In this document: piece after piece, positions 37,171 through 48,200 of the stretch
How the letters are laid out: every line of letters starts with the position of its first letter
Position numbering within the stretch: position 1 is the stretch's first letter
Program-made: the position numbers and the translations under genes
IMG/VR virus record: IMGVR_UViG_3300034013_000240
Span: 3,414-67,413 of that record
From: a virus
DNA: 64,000 nucleotides
Direction: 5' to 3' (one strand)
The notes under the pieces: model-generated
Seen by the model: the letters and a program-made list of their open reading frames with translations, nothing else
What the model was told of the DNA's origin: nothing
Databases searched by the model: none

Positions 37171-40100
37171 TGGGAGAAATTAAAAAAAACTTTACGCAAG
37201 GAAAAATGAACAAAGATTATGATGTTCGTTTAATTCCCGAAGGAGAATATGTTGACGCAGAAAATCTAATGGTCTTTAATTCTGAAGGCTCTACTGTTGG
37301 TAGTGCTCAAAATTCTTATGGAGTAGATAAAATAACTAATCTAGATATAGACAATAACACGTCGGAAACCATAGGAAGTGTTTCGGACGAAGGAAATGAA
37401 TGTTTATATTGGTTTGTTGCTTCTGAATCTGGAAACTATATATTTGAATACGACCAAAAAAATAACGGATTAATAACTACGGTACTTGAGGACACTAGAG
37501 TTGGAGTAAGTAATGTATTGAACTTTAGTAAACAACACAAGATTACAGGAGTAAATATTGTGTATAATTCTTTTACAAAAAAGAAATTATTAGTATGGAC
37601 TGATGATTTAAACCCTATTAGATGTATTGATATTCAAAGAGCTAAAGGGTATTTACCAAACTCTTTTGACAAGAAAGATATAGGTTTGTATAAAAGACAA
37701 CCAACTAATGCTCCAGATTGTAATCCAGTAAATTCTGGAGATGGTTTAGAAAACAATATGAAGGAAAGATTTCTTTCTTTTGGCTACAGATATAAGTACT
37801 TAGATGGAGAATATAGTGCAATATCTACATTTAGTAATCCTCAATTCTATCCATCTGGATTTAGACTTAACTATGTTACTCATGAAAATGAAGGCATGGT
37901 TAATACTTTCAATGCTGTAGAAATAAATTTCAATACCGGAGATAAAAACGTAACGGATGTACAGTTAGTTTTCAAGGAAAGTAATAGTAGTAATATTTGG
38001 ATAATTGATACATTTAACAAAAACAAACAATACTGGAACTCTAACGAGAGCAGGTCTTTTGTTTTTTTAAATAATAAAATATACTCTGTATTGCCAGACG
38101 ACGAGGTTAATAGATTATTTGACAATGTGCCTTTAAGGTCAAAGTCGCAAGAATTTATAGGTAATAGGCTTATATTTGGTAATTATGTAGAAGGAATGGA
38201 TATTGTTGATAATAACGGTAATGATATAAATATAAATTATGATTTATCTTTCACGTCAAAATCCATTGAAGAATATTCTTTAAGTTCAAACATAATAGAT
38301 ATAAATGATAGCGGAGATGGTATTGAAGTGTCTTTTTTAGATGTTGAAATCAAAAAAGGTAATTTATTTTCTTTATTTTTCAAAAGCAGTAGTGACCATT
38401 CAGGTGTTTATTATTGTTCTTTAAATTACTACATACCTCAAGATTTTCCAGACGCTTATTCGTTAAGTTTATCTCCAGGATTTATTGACTTCATAGATAA
38501 TGTAGCCTCAAATAATTTTAAAAATTACGACACAAATAGCACCCCTCCATCAGGAGGTATTCCTACTTCTATTTGTTTTGAAATTATTCCTAATGTAAAC
38601 AATAACGTTATTAAAATAAAAATACCTTACACATCATACGCAATACCTGGACCAGCAACTGAGCTTGAGTTATTTGCAATAGATCCTGACTATAATTTTG
38701 GAGCTACACTTAGCGATGATAGTGCTTTTTTTACATGTAAATCAAATAGAAGTTATGAATCCGGATTGGTTTATTTAGATGATGATGGAAGATATTCTAC
38801 TGTTATTACAAATACATTTTTAGATTCAAACAACACTACATTTATACCAATATCAAAATCAATAACTCAAAACAAATTAAAGTTAGAGATAAAACATAAA
38901 GCTCCGTATTGGGCTACAAAATACAAAGTATTTATAAAGGACAATAAGCTTGAATACCAAAACATATTCGGAATATTGGCTTATGATGATGGTAACTACA
39001 TGTGGTTTAAACTAGAGGGTCAAGATAAAAACAAGGTTAAGGACGGAGATTTCTTAATAGTAAAAAAAGATATTTACGGTAGCAAATCTGATTTATTAAA
39101 AGTACAAGTTTTAGATGTTAAAACTCAATCGGGTAATTTTATAGATGGTAACTTGATAGAGAACTCTACTGATGAGTTAATTGAGAAGCCTGGTGTATAT
39201 ATGAAAATCAAATCAATGTCTGGATTAGATGTTGTATCTATAGACGATAATGTTATTAACGTTCATAACGAAACGGATAGTAAAGGAAGTAATTTCTTCA
39301 TATATCATGGTCCTTTTGGAAGTTTAAATTCTGGCACTTGGTCTGATTATAAAATAACTGGCGGAAGTAAAATAGACTTCAATATTATAAATGATAAAAG
39401 AGGTAGCAATGGAGGGTTTTTTCAATTTAAAAAGAGCTTCGTAGCTGCTAATGATTATGATAATATAGAAGATTTTTTTGAATCAGAAGTTGGCAACATG
39501 TTTCCATTTACAGAATATAGTTTTGTGAGAGGATTTTCTGGTAGCGGTGGTTTTGTTGTTAATCCAAATGGAGTATTATATTTAAAAATAAAGAATATTT
39601 TAAATGGTAATGGTCAACATCCATCTTATTTGAACGCAACAACTGAAATATTTACGTCAAAAGGAATGATTGTTTTTGAAACAGACCCAAAAGATAAATC
39701 GTCTGAAGTATATTTTGAAACTGCCGACACTTACGATATATTGAATGGAAATCACCTATCAAATCAATTAACTATTCAAGATGATAAAGACCAAACCACT
39801 GGAGACTCGGCTATTTTAAACTTGTCCTTTTTTAATTGTTATTCTTACGGAAATGGAGTGGAAAGTTATATTGTTAAAGATTTGTTTAACGGTAATAACT
39901 TGTCAACAAACACAAGACCAAATGCTGTTGAGTTAGATGGATACAAACAAAGAAGAAACATTGCTTCATTGACTTATAGTGGAGCTTTTGAAGAAAGCAC
40001 TAGTTATAATTCTCTTAATGAATTTAATTTATCAAGAGCAAACTACAAGGATTTAGACGATAAGTATGGTAGTATTCAAAAACTATTCTCAAGAGATACT

Positions 40101-41696
40101 GATTTAATTGTTTTTCAAGAGGATAAAGTTCATAAGGTATTGTACAATAAAAACGTATTAAATGATGCTGTTGGAGGTAGTCAAATTATGTCAGTAGAAC
40201 AAGTTCTTGGTCAAGAAGTACCTTACTCTGGAGAGTGGGGTATAGGCAAAGACCCAGAGAGTTTTTCTAGTTATGCAAATAGTTTGTACTTTACGGACAA
40301 ACCTAAAGGAGTAGTTTTGAGATTGGGCGGAGATGGAATAGAACCTATTTCTAGATATGGCATGAAAGACTGGTTTAGGGATTCATTTAATAATGATAAA
40401 AATAAATTTTTAGTCGGAGGGTACGATCCGTCTTATGATAATTACATTATATCTTTTACTGATGATGTAAAAACTATTGATGAATTAGATATTAAATGTA
40501 ATCAGATAATAAATCAATTATCAATACCATCTAATGATTCGTTTTTATATAAAATGAATATTGGAGATAAGATAGGTGATTTCGTTATAGAAACTGAAAA
40601 TTTCTCATCAGTAACTCTTGATGCGTATATAAACATAAACGATAGGGATGAATTTATTAAAATATATCCCGGAATACATACAAATACATTGACTAAGGAC
40701 ACTAGAGTAAATGATGTTACTATAAATATAGTTAACAATAACGAAAGCGAAGCTACATTATCTATAAGAGGTAATTGCCCAGAAACTCCAGAACTAGATG
40801 TTGTTGTATTAGTTGTAAATGATAAGTATGACGATGGAACAAATATGGTTAATAGATACGTATGGAATGATTCTGTTTATGGTTTTGATGGTTTTTATTC
40901 AAATGTGGATTCTTTTAATTCTTCTGGATTGACTAGATTTCAAACGTTTACTGGGAATGAGACAGATGGTCCAATACCATTAAACGGTTCTACAATAAGA
41001 ATGTCCTCTGTTCCTGGAAATGGCAAATTCACCAACTGTAACAGGCTTGGATATTTAGTTAGTTCAAGTGATTACGACGCTCAAGAGATACTAGATAACG
41101 CAACTTATCTGCCAGTTATTGAGGATGCTGGAGAAAATTACATTGAATTTACATTTTCTAGAACATTAAATCAAAAATTATATCTTGTGTGGGATTATAT
41201 TGATAGCATACAATTAGTGTCTGATGGTGAAGTTATAGGGAATATTAATAGTGGCGGATCTTTTACTTTTAGTATTCTTGACTATATACAAACAACCTCT
41301 CTAAGCGGTAGTGATGTAGATATTTTTCCAAATTCAGACCCTTCTCATGGAGATTTACTTATAGATGGGTATAATATTACCTACGATAACGACATATCAA
41401 GCACTAGTACTTTTGATGATTTCTCTATTACAATAAACAGAGATGGTTGTCAAATAGAGTTATCTATATCTATAGTAATAACTCAACTGGTATTTGGTAA
41501 TTGTGTTGAATATTTATTTACAAACTCAAACGACCCTCTTGTTAGTGGTAATGAAATAACTATAGAATATTCAAACTGCGATGGTTTATCTGATTTTATT
41601 GAATTATCTGGTGGTAGCGGTGGATATGTTTGCGCAATAGAAGGTTCTTATACGTTGCCTAGCGGAGGAGCTGTTAGTTTAATTGGTGATTGTTAA
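37170..41696 (+). CDS. tail nozzle/muzzle (stabilisation) protein, N-terminal part with C-terminal extension
   Basis: 'F.QGKMNKD.D.RL.P.GEY.DA.N', 'FGYRYKYLDGEYS', 'NRLIFGNYVEG', 'GNGVES', 'YGSIQKL…FQEDK', 'GGYDP'. Confidence 0.8.
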   Translation: MGEIKKNFTQGKMNKDYDVRLIPEGEYVDAENLMVFNSEGSTVGSAQNSYGVDKITNLDIDNNTSETIGSVSDEGNECLYWFVASESGNYIFEYDQKNNGLITTVLEDTRVGVSNVLNFSKQHKITGVNIVYNSFTKKKLLVWTDDLNPIRCIDIQRAKGYLPNSFDKKDIGLYKRQPTNAPDCNPVNSGDGLENNMKERFLSFGYRYKYLDGEYSAISTFSNPQFYPSGFRLNYVTHENEGMVNTFNAVEINFNTGDKNVTDVQLVFKESNSSNIWIIDTFNKNKQYWNSNESRSFVFLNNKIYSVLPDDEVNRLFDNVPLRSKSQEFIGNRLIFGNYVEGMDIVDNNGNDININYDLSFTSKSIEEYSLSSNIIDINDSGDGIEVSFLDVEIKKGNLFSLFFKSSSDHSGVYYCSLNYYIPQDFPDAYSLSLSPGFIDFIDNVASNNFKNYDTNSTPPSGGIPTSICFEIIPNVNNNVIKIKIPYTSYAIPGPATELELFAIDPDYNFGATLSDDSAFFTCKSNRSYESGLVYLDDDGRYSTVITNTFLDSNNTTFIPISKSITQNKLKLEIKHKAPYWATKYKVFIKDNKLEYQNIFGILAYDDGNYMWFKLEGQDKNKVKDGDFLIVKKDIYGSKSDLLKVQVLDVKTQSGNFIDGNLIENSTDELIEKPGVYMKIKSMSGLDVVSIDDNVINVHNETDSKGSNFFIYHGPFGSLNSGTWSDYKITGGSKIDFNIINDKRGSNGGFFQFKKSFVAANDYDNIEDFFESEVGNMFPFTEYSFVRGFSGSGGFVVNPNGVLYLKIKNILNGNGQHPSYLNATTEIFTSKGMIVFETDPKDKSSEVYFETADTYDILNGNHLSNQLTIQDDKDQTTGDSAILNLSFFNCYSYGNGVESYIVKDLFNGNNLSTNTRPNAVELDGYKQRRNIASLTYSGAFEESTSYNSLNEFNLSRANYKDLDDKYGSIQKLFSRDTDLIVFQEDKVHKVLYNKNVLNDAVGGSQIMSVEQVLGQEVPYSGEWGIGKDPESFSSYANSLYFTDKPKGVVLRLGGDGIEPISRYGMKDWFRDSFNNDKNKFLVGGYDPSYDNYIISFTDDVKTIDELDIKCNQIINQLSIPSNDSFLYKMNIGDKIGDFVIETENFSSVTLDAYININDRDEFIKIYPGIHTNTLTKDTRVNDVTINIVNNNESEATLSIRGNCPETPELDVVVLVVNDKYDDGTNMVNRYVWNDSVYGFDGFYSNVDSFNSSGLTRFQTFTGNETDGPIPLNGSTIRMSSVPGNGKFTNCNRLGYLVSSSDYDAQEILDNATYLPVIEDAGENYIEFTFSRTLNQKLYLVWDYIDSIQLVSDGEVIGNINSGGSFTFSILDYIQTTSLSGSDVDIFPNSDPSHGDLLIDGYNITYDNDISSTSTFDDFSITINRDGCQIELSISIVITQLVFGNCVEYLFTNSNDPLVSGNEITIEYSNCDGLSDFIELSGGSGGYVCAIEGSYTLPSGGAVSLIGDC

Positions 41697-41717
41697 AAAA
41701 AATAAAAACAAATAAAA

Positions 41718-42473
41718 ATGAGTAAAACAATATCGTTTGACGAAAAAAATAACGGTTGGACATCATTCTGGAGTTACAAGCCAGAATGTATGTCTCGATT
41801 AAATAATGGGTTCTTTTCTTTTAAGAACGGTCAGCTGTATAAACACCATTCAGAAACATCTCCTAGAAATAGGTTTTACAATGAGAATGGAGATTTAGTA
41901 ATCTATCCATCAACATTGACTTTTGTGTTCAATCAAGAGCCAAGCGATATAAAGCATTTTAAGACACTATCTTTAGAAAGTAATACAAAGTATTGGAATG
42001 CTGATTTAGTTACGAATTTGGACAGCGGACACGTCTTAAACGCTAGCTTTGATAGTAGAGAGGGTGAGCATTATGCTTTTATAAGAAGAAATTCAAACTC
42101 TTTGCTTGATTTAAACCATTTATCGGTTCAAGGAATAGGTGTTAATACGAATGTAGTTTCGTACACTTACACATTTGTAAATGTTCCTAGTTCAATATCT
42201 ACAGAAGATACTTTGTGTTTCATAAATAGTGGTGGTCAAATTGTCGTTATACAAAAAGTAATTTCTTACACATCAACAACAATAACTACCGCAACACCGA
42301 TAACTCCAGTTGTAGTTCCTATTGGTGCTTTTATGTTTATAGCTCAAAGCCCAATAGCTGAGAGTAATGGAATAAAAGGAAATCATGCGCAAATTAAATT
42401 AACAACCACAGATAGCTCTAACGAACAAGTACTGTTTGCGGTTAATTCCGAAGTATTTAAGTCATACCAGTAG
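41718..42473 (+). CDS. muzzle-like C-terminal segment encoded as a separate ORF
   Basis: 'KTISFDEKNNGWTSFWSYKPE…F.FKNGQLY.H…N.FY…FN..PS..K.FKT..LE…G.KG…LFAVNSEVFKS'. Confidence 0.65.
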   Translation: MSKTISFDEKNNGWTSFWSYKPECMSRLNNGFFSFKNGQLYKHHSETSPRNRFYNENGDLVIYPSTLTFVFNQEPSDIKHFKTLSLESNTKYWNADLVTNLDSGHVLNASFDSREGEHYAFIRRNSNSLLDLNHLSVQGIGVNTNVVSYTYTFVNVPSSISTEDTLCFINSGGQIVVIQKVISYTSTTITTATPITPVVVPIGAFMFIAQSPIAESNGIKGNHAQIKLTTTDSSNEQVLFAVNSEVFKSYQ

Positions 42474-42527
42474 TTTTATTATTTCTCAAATAATCAAAGT
42501 ATCATTTTAGCGTATCATAGAAGGGGG

Positions 42528-42618
42528 GGGGGTATATAAGAAAAGTTAAATACCCCCTATAAGAAAAGTTAAAGGATATTATTACAATATATAATATATA
42601 TATATAATAATATATGTG
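42528..42618. repeat. element B: inverted sister of 9020-9106
   Basis: GGGGGTA-TATAAGAAAAGTTAAA-TACCCCC-TATAAGAAAAGTTAAA-GGATATTATTACAATAT + (AT)n. Confidence 0.85.
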
Positions 42619-42657
42619 GTTTTGAATTAAATTACTATCTTTGCAAAAACATTTTTA

Positions 42658-43050
42658 ATGGATTCTAGATATTTCGAGAGTAACAATTACGAACAATTGG
42701 TTGAATGGTGGTCTTTTTGGAGATTTACACCTCCGTCAATAACTAATCTACCTAAGACTGGTGTGATTGTGAACAATGACGGAATAGACGTAGCCTCTGG
42801 TTTTTTATATTTAACAAATAGCGATATGTGTTGGATTGAGTTCATTGTTTCAAATCCAAATGTAAAAGATAAAAAAGTTAGAGAGATGTGTATTAACGAA
42901 TGTATTAATCAATTATGCTACATAGCAAAAGAGATGGGCTATAGAGTTGCTTATACATCATTAAAGAATGAAAATTTACAAAAGAAATATTTATCTTGCG
43001 GTTTCATAGAGGGAAGCAAGAATTGTAACGAATATATAAAATTATTATAA
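42658..43050 (+). CDS. GNAT-like hypothetical protein preceding the ejection proteins
   Basis: 'ASGFLYLTNSDMCWIEFIVSNP…GYRVAYT…YLSCGF'; TATCTTTG promoter at 42636; contains a near-copy of the 12-mer at 42763-42774. Confidence 0.55.
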   Translation: MDSRYFESNNYEQLVEWWSFWRFTPPSITNLPKTGVIVNNDGIDVASGFLYLTNSDMCWIEFIVSNPNVKDKKVREMCINECINQLCYIAKEMGYRVAYTSLKNENLQKKYLSCGFIEGSKNCNEYIKLL

Positions 43051-43052
43051 GT

Positions 43053-43616
43053 ATGGCGGCAGTAACGGCAATGGCAGTAGCTGGAGGAATCTCCGCATTA
43101 GGAGGGGCTTACCAAGCAATACAAGGAGCTAAACAAGCAAGAGATGCTAAGTTAGAGTTAGAGAGATTACAAACACCTGAATTGATGAATGTAGCTGATA
43201 ATTTAACAGTTAGCACATTGGGTTCTAATCTACAGAGAGAAGAAGCCTCAAGAAATTACGCTACATCTGTAGATGCTTTAAGAAGCGCAGGTGCTAGAGG
43301 TATTATCGGTGGTCTTGGTGTTTTAAATCAAAACCAAAATACGGTTAACAGACAGATAGCGGCTGATTTAGATACTCAACAAAAAGCTATAGATATGGCT
43401 AGAGCAGAAGATGAGGCTAGAATTAGAGCTATTAAAGAACAAAGATACGCAAATGATGTTGCGGCATTAAGTTCACAAATAAACGCAGGAGAAGCTTCTA
43501 AAATGCAAGGATTAATGGGTATAGGTCAAGGAATATCGAGTGGTGTTCAAGGAGCTGTTTCTCAAAGAAATTTAGAGGGTGGGTTGTACGGAAATAATGC
43601 TGGTTCAACGATTTAA
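43053..43616 (+). CDS. ejection/cargo protein (small, Ala/Gly/Gln-rich)
   Basis: Hydrophobic Gly/Ala N-terminus, coiled-coil body; typical position for podovirus internal virion proteins. Confidence 0.7.
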   Translation: MAAVTAMAVAGGISALGGAYQAIQGAKQARDAKLELERLQTPELMNVADNLTVSTLGSNLQREEASRNYATSVDALRSAGARGIIGGLGVLNQNQNTVNRQIAADLDTQQKAIDMARAEDEARIRAIKEQRYANDVAALSSQINAGEASKMQGLMGIGQGISSGVQGAVSQRNLEGGLYGNNAGSTI

Positions 43617-43626
43617 AAAATAAAAT

Positions 43627-45255
43627 ATGGCGATAGGACATTCAGGAGGAGCGTTTGCATCAGTTGAAGCACCAAAAGTTGATTTTGGAGAGATAGCTTT
43701 AAATGCTCAGAAATTTAATGAAGCTGATATAGAGAGACAGGAAGCAAAAAAAGCGGCAGTAGCAAAAGCTAAGGCTGAGTCTGCTAAAGACGCAAAGGAG
43801 GTTTTGTTAGACCCAACAACACTAGTTGTAGGAACTCTTAATAAAGCTTCAAATGATTTTATATTAAAAAATCAAGAAAAACTGAACTACTACTATCAAG
43901 TAGAGAAATCTGGTCAAGAACTTACGTCAGAACAGAGGATGGATAAAAATCAAGCTGTACAGTCGGCTAAGTCTTTAAAAGGGATGCAAGATCTTTTTAA
44001 TAACGCGGCTAAGGAAGTTCCTGGAGTTATTCAAGGCAGTAGTATTATATCTGACCCTTATATAAAAGCTTGGGAGAATGCTAGTAAAGGAGTTGGAGTA
44101 GCCTCTATAGATAGAACAGAAAGCGGAGATATCGAGGTTTCTTTTTTCGATACTAAGGATGGTAAATATATACTTGGAGAAGATGGAAGACCAAAAAAAT
44201 TAACTGATATTGATGAATATGGAAACGAAGTTCCTGTAAAAATTAGCTTAAACAATATAGCTAGCGGAGATTTTAAAAGTAAGTTTTATAAATCAAACGA
44301 CTTTCCTACAATCATAGGAAAATATGCTAAAACTGTAGGGGCTTATGAAACAAAAATAGAGAATGGAACTGTTACTGAAGGTAAAAAGTTATTTACTGAT
44401 GAAAACATATCTTCTCTAAATGAAACTATTAGAACCGATTTAAGAAAAGACAGAAAATATACTGCTGATATTTTATCTCAAATAGCTGGAGACCCAAAAA
44501 ACGCAAAGAAGTACGGTCTTGAAGGAGATTATAATCGTATAAAAAAAGAATATACAGATAAAGAATATGAAGCGGCTGAAAAATACACTTCAGATAAAGT
44601 TAGAGCATCTTTAGATACTGGATACAGCAGGTCTGTTGATGAGCCAACTAAGATTAACATATATACTGGAGACGATAAAAAGAATGAGGGAGCAATAATA
44701 TCAAGTACAGCCGCTATTAAACAATACGATGTGAAAGATAAAAGCGGAAATGTTATAGGTAAAAAGACTGACGGATATTTTATTCCGTTTTTAAGAGCCA
44801 ACACTATCACAACATTTAAAGGAATACCTACTACGCTAGGGGGAGTTGGAGTTGATAGGAATAAAAACGTGTACGTAGAATTTTCTTTTGCCGGAGATGA
44901 TTCTGCGTTTTCTAAATTATCTTCTGAAGACAGAGAACTTCTTGAAAGAAAAAAGATATATTTAGATGGTCCTAAAGCTGATGCTCCTTCTTTTACTAGC
45001 ATAATATCAACAGTAAAGCGTTTAAATGGTAAAGGCGCTAAATATGAAAACCCAGCTCAAATGAGAGAAGACATTGCTTCTATATTAAGAGAATCAGGTC
45101 TTGATATAAATAAAATAGGTGGTGTTTCTAATAAAAAAACAACAAGCAGTAGTACTATAAAAAGGAGTGATTTAGCATCTAAAGCGGCTGCCTCTGGATA
45201 TACCACTAAAGAATACGAGAAATTATTAAAACAAAAAGGAATTAAAATAGAGTAG
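43627..45255 (+). CDS. ejection/cargo protein
   Basis: 542 aa, between the small and giant cargo genes. Confidence 0.6.
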   Translation: MAIGHSGGAFASVEAPKVDFGEIALNAQKFNEADIERQEAKKAAVAKAKAESAKDAKEVLLDPTTLVVGTLNKASNDFILKNQEKLNYYYQVEKSGQELTSEQRMDKNQAVQSAKSLKGMQDLFNNAAKEVPGVIQGSSIISDPYIKAWENASKGVGVASIDRTESGDIEVSFFDTKDGKYILGEDGRPKKLTDIDEYGNEVPVKISLNNIASGDFKSKFYKSNDFPTIIGKYAKTVGAYETKIENGTVTEGKKLFTDENISSLNETIRTDLRKDRKYTADILSQIAGDPKNAKKYGLEGDYNRIKKEYTDKEYEAAEKYTSDKVRASLDTGYSRSVDEPTKINIYTGDDKKNEGAIISSTAAIKQYDVKDKSGNVIGKKTDGYFIPFLRANTITTFKGIPTTLGGVGVDRNKNVYVEFSFAGDDSAFSKLSSEDRELLERKKIYLDGPKADAPSFTSIISTVKRLNGKGAKYENPAQMREDIASILRESGLDINKIGGVSNKKTTSSSTIKRSDLASKAAASGYTTKEYEKLLKQKGIKIE

Positions 45256-45257
45256 CA

Positions 45258-48200
45258 ATGGAAGAGTTAGATGAATTTGGTATCCCAATAAAAAAAATAG
45301 GAGTAGATGAATTTGGTATTCCTTTAAAAAAAAAAGACGTTTCTCAACAAGTTGGTCCAAAAACTGCAAAGGTTTCTACTACTTCGGTAGGAAAAAAATC
45401 TTTATTGGATACCGTAGGTCAAAAGAGGGATGCGGCATCGGTTTCTTCCAATGGAAAATCTAAAATACCAGAGGGTAAACTTTCTAAATTAAAAGGAGAG
45501 TTTGACGAATCTGTTAGAAACAAACCAAAGACTATAAAACAAAAAATACAAGGAGAGGAGATGGGTTTATTAACTAAACCTAAATCCTCTATTGGTGTTA
45601 CTAAGGTTCAAGACCAAAATAGATTTGTAGCTACTAAGAAAAAAGAAGAGGAGCATGATTTCAACTTCTTTGGTGTAGATTCGTTGAAAAAAATGGATGA
45701 AACTGGCAAGATAAAATATGCGAATGACGAAGTAGAGTATGACGTTGATAAAAATAAATTTTATTTCTTTTTAAACGAGAACTTAGGTAATGCTAAGATG
45801 AAAAAGAGAAATGATTATATAAACAACTTTGAACTTCAAGAGATAGAGGATGAGTATAATGAATTAAAAAATGGTGGAGGTTTCTGGGATAAAACAAAGA
45901 AAGTTATAGAGAGTGGTATTGTAAATATGTTTGACGAAGCTTATTCTGACAAATCTAGTTACGAAGAAGCTATAGCTAAGTCTAAGGATTTATTCTATGA
46001 TGAAAGACAAGAGGTGGTGAGTGAGGCTAAAGCAAAAGGAGAGTCTTTAACTCAAGCTCAAATAAATGCTAGAATTGAAAAAACCTTTAAGGATAGAAGG
46101 ATTAATGAGATATTATCTAAGAAAAGACAAGATACTGGTAGGAATTTAACTGATGCAGAACAATACGCATTATCTAAAGATGTAATATCTAATTCAAGTA
46201 AATTATCTGAAAAACATAAAGAGAAGTCTGAAAATGTAAACTCTGTATATGTAACAACAAAAGGTCTTCTTGATGAGAAAAAAAGTATAGAGGACATTTA
46301 TAATTCAGACCCTACACTTATAACAAAAGAACAAGAAGATAGGTATAAGGATATTTCAGAAAAAATACAATTAAACAATGCGTATATAAAAGCCACAATG
46401 TTAGAATTGAATGATGCTGAGAAAAAAATAAAGACAGCTCAAGAAGAGGTTGCTGATTATACAATAGAAAACAGTAGATTAAACGAGTTCTTCAAAAGAG
46501 TTACTGCTTCTGGTGTTTCATTTCTTGGCTCTACAGCTGAATTTGCTGGAAAATATGGAGGAACAGGATTGTCAATAATGCCTGGAGGTAAGAATTTAGG
46601 AGAGGGTGTTAAGATGCTGTCTGAAAAAGTAAGCGATAAACTATCTGGCTACGCTTCAGACATAAGAACTGGTAAAGATTATGATGGATTTAAAATTGGG
46701 GGACTACCTGAAACTAAAGAAGTAAATAGTGTTGGTGATTTTGTTAATCAGATTACAGAGGTGGTTGGAGATAATACATTTTTAGTAGCTGGATTAACGG
46801 CAACTGGTCCTACTGGAATTGGTCTTATGGCTGTAGAGATGGCTGGTGATAAATCAAGAGAAATTAGAAATGAAAAACAAGAGTTTAATAAGCTATCTGA
46901 AGAAGCAAAAGTAAAAGGAGAAAAATCTTTTGATTATAACGGTGAAAAATATAAAGTAGGAGATGAACTGTATGGAGACTTTTCTTCTTACGCTCTTCCT
47001 CTAGCTTGGGGAGCTACATCAGTACTTCCTATGGCTAAACAATTAAAGTATTTAAAAGGAGCTAAATCAGCTATTCAAGCCGTAGAGAGAGAATCTCCAG
47101 AGTTAATAAAAAAATCTCTAATGACCAAAGTAAAAGATGGGACTAAAGATTATATTGGGCACTCTTTATCTTTAGCTAAAGATTTAAAAATAATGTCTTT
47201 ATCTCAAGCGGCTTTAGACGATATTGTAGGTAAGGATGTTGATTACTTTAAAGTAGCTTCAGATATGGCTACTATTAGAGATTCTTTTGTTTTACACGGA
47301 ATGAATAAGGCTGCGGCTATGTCTGTCTCAAAAGCTGCTAAACCATATATGACTACTGAAGAAGTAAATACCATAGATGGTAACGCTAACTTGATATTTG
47401 ATTTGACAAATAGATTAAGAGATCCTTCAATAGAGTCTAGTGATAAAGCTATCATAAAGTCTCAATTAGATAGATTAGTAAAAGAGAGCGATGGATTCAT
47501 AGGTGGTGTTTTAGATAGAATGTCTGAAATGAGTGATGTAGATTATAGTAAAGTAATAAGTTTAGCTAAGGAGTCTTCTAATTTAAGAAAAGAAGCTAGT
47601 GATATACAAGCATCTTCATTTACCAAAACAGAAAAAGCTTATGCTTTAGAAAAAGTTAAAAAAGAATATATAGAGAACGAGAAAAAGTTAAGAGATTTAA
47701 GAGTAAACTACACGAAAAGAACTGATGGATTTTATGGTCTTTCTGACCAAGAAAAAATAAAGTTAAAAGAAAGAGCCGCTACTGAATTAAAAGAAAAGAG
47801 AGGTGATGAAGAAAACTTCACTATCAACGATAGAGAGATAACTATTAAAGCCACAGAGATTTACGATAGAGAAAACAATGTAGAGGAAAACAAAACAACA
47901 GAGGAAGACGATATAGTGAATAATAACATAAATACTGGTCTAGGAATAGCTAAATCTTATTCTAGCTTAGATTCTGTACCTGAATTCATGAGACCGTTAG
48001 CTAATAAAAGTTCTTTTGGAGAACAAAAAATTGGTATGTTTGGTAAAAAAGAAAAAATACAAATGTATAACGTAACAGCTACTGCTGAAGAACTTCAAGT
48101 AGCTTACGATAATTTTTACGGAAAAAAAGAAATCAATAAAAAGGATAATCCATACTACTATAATACTGACCCAGAGAGAGGAGAATTAGAATTAAGACCT

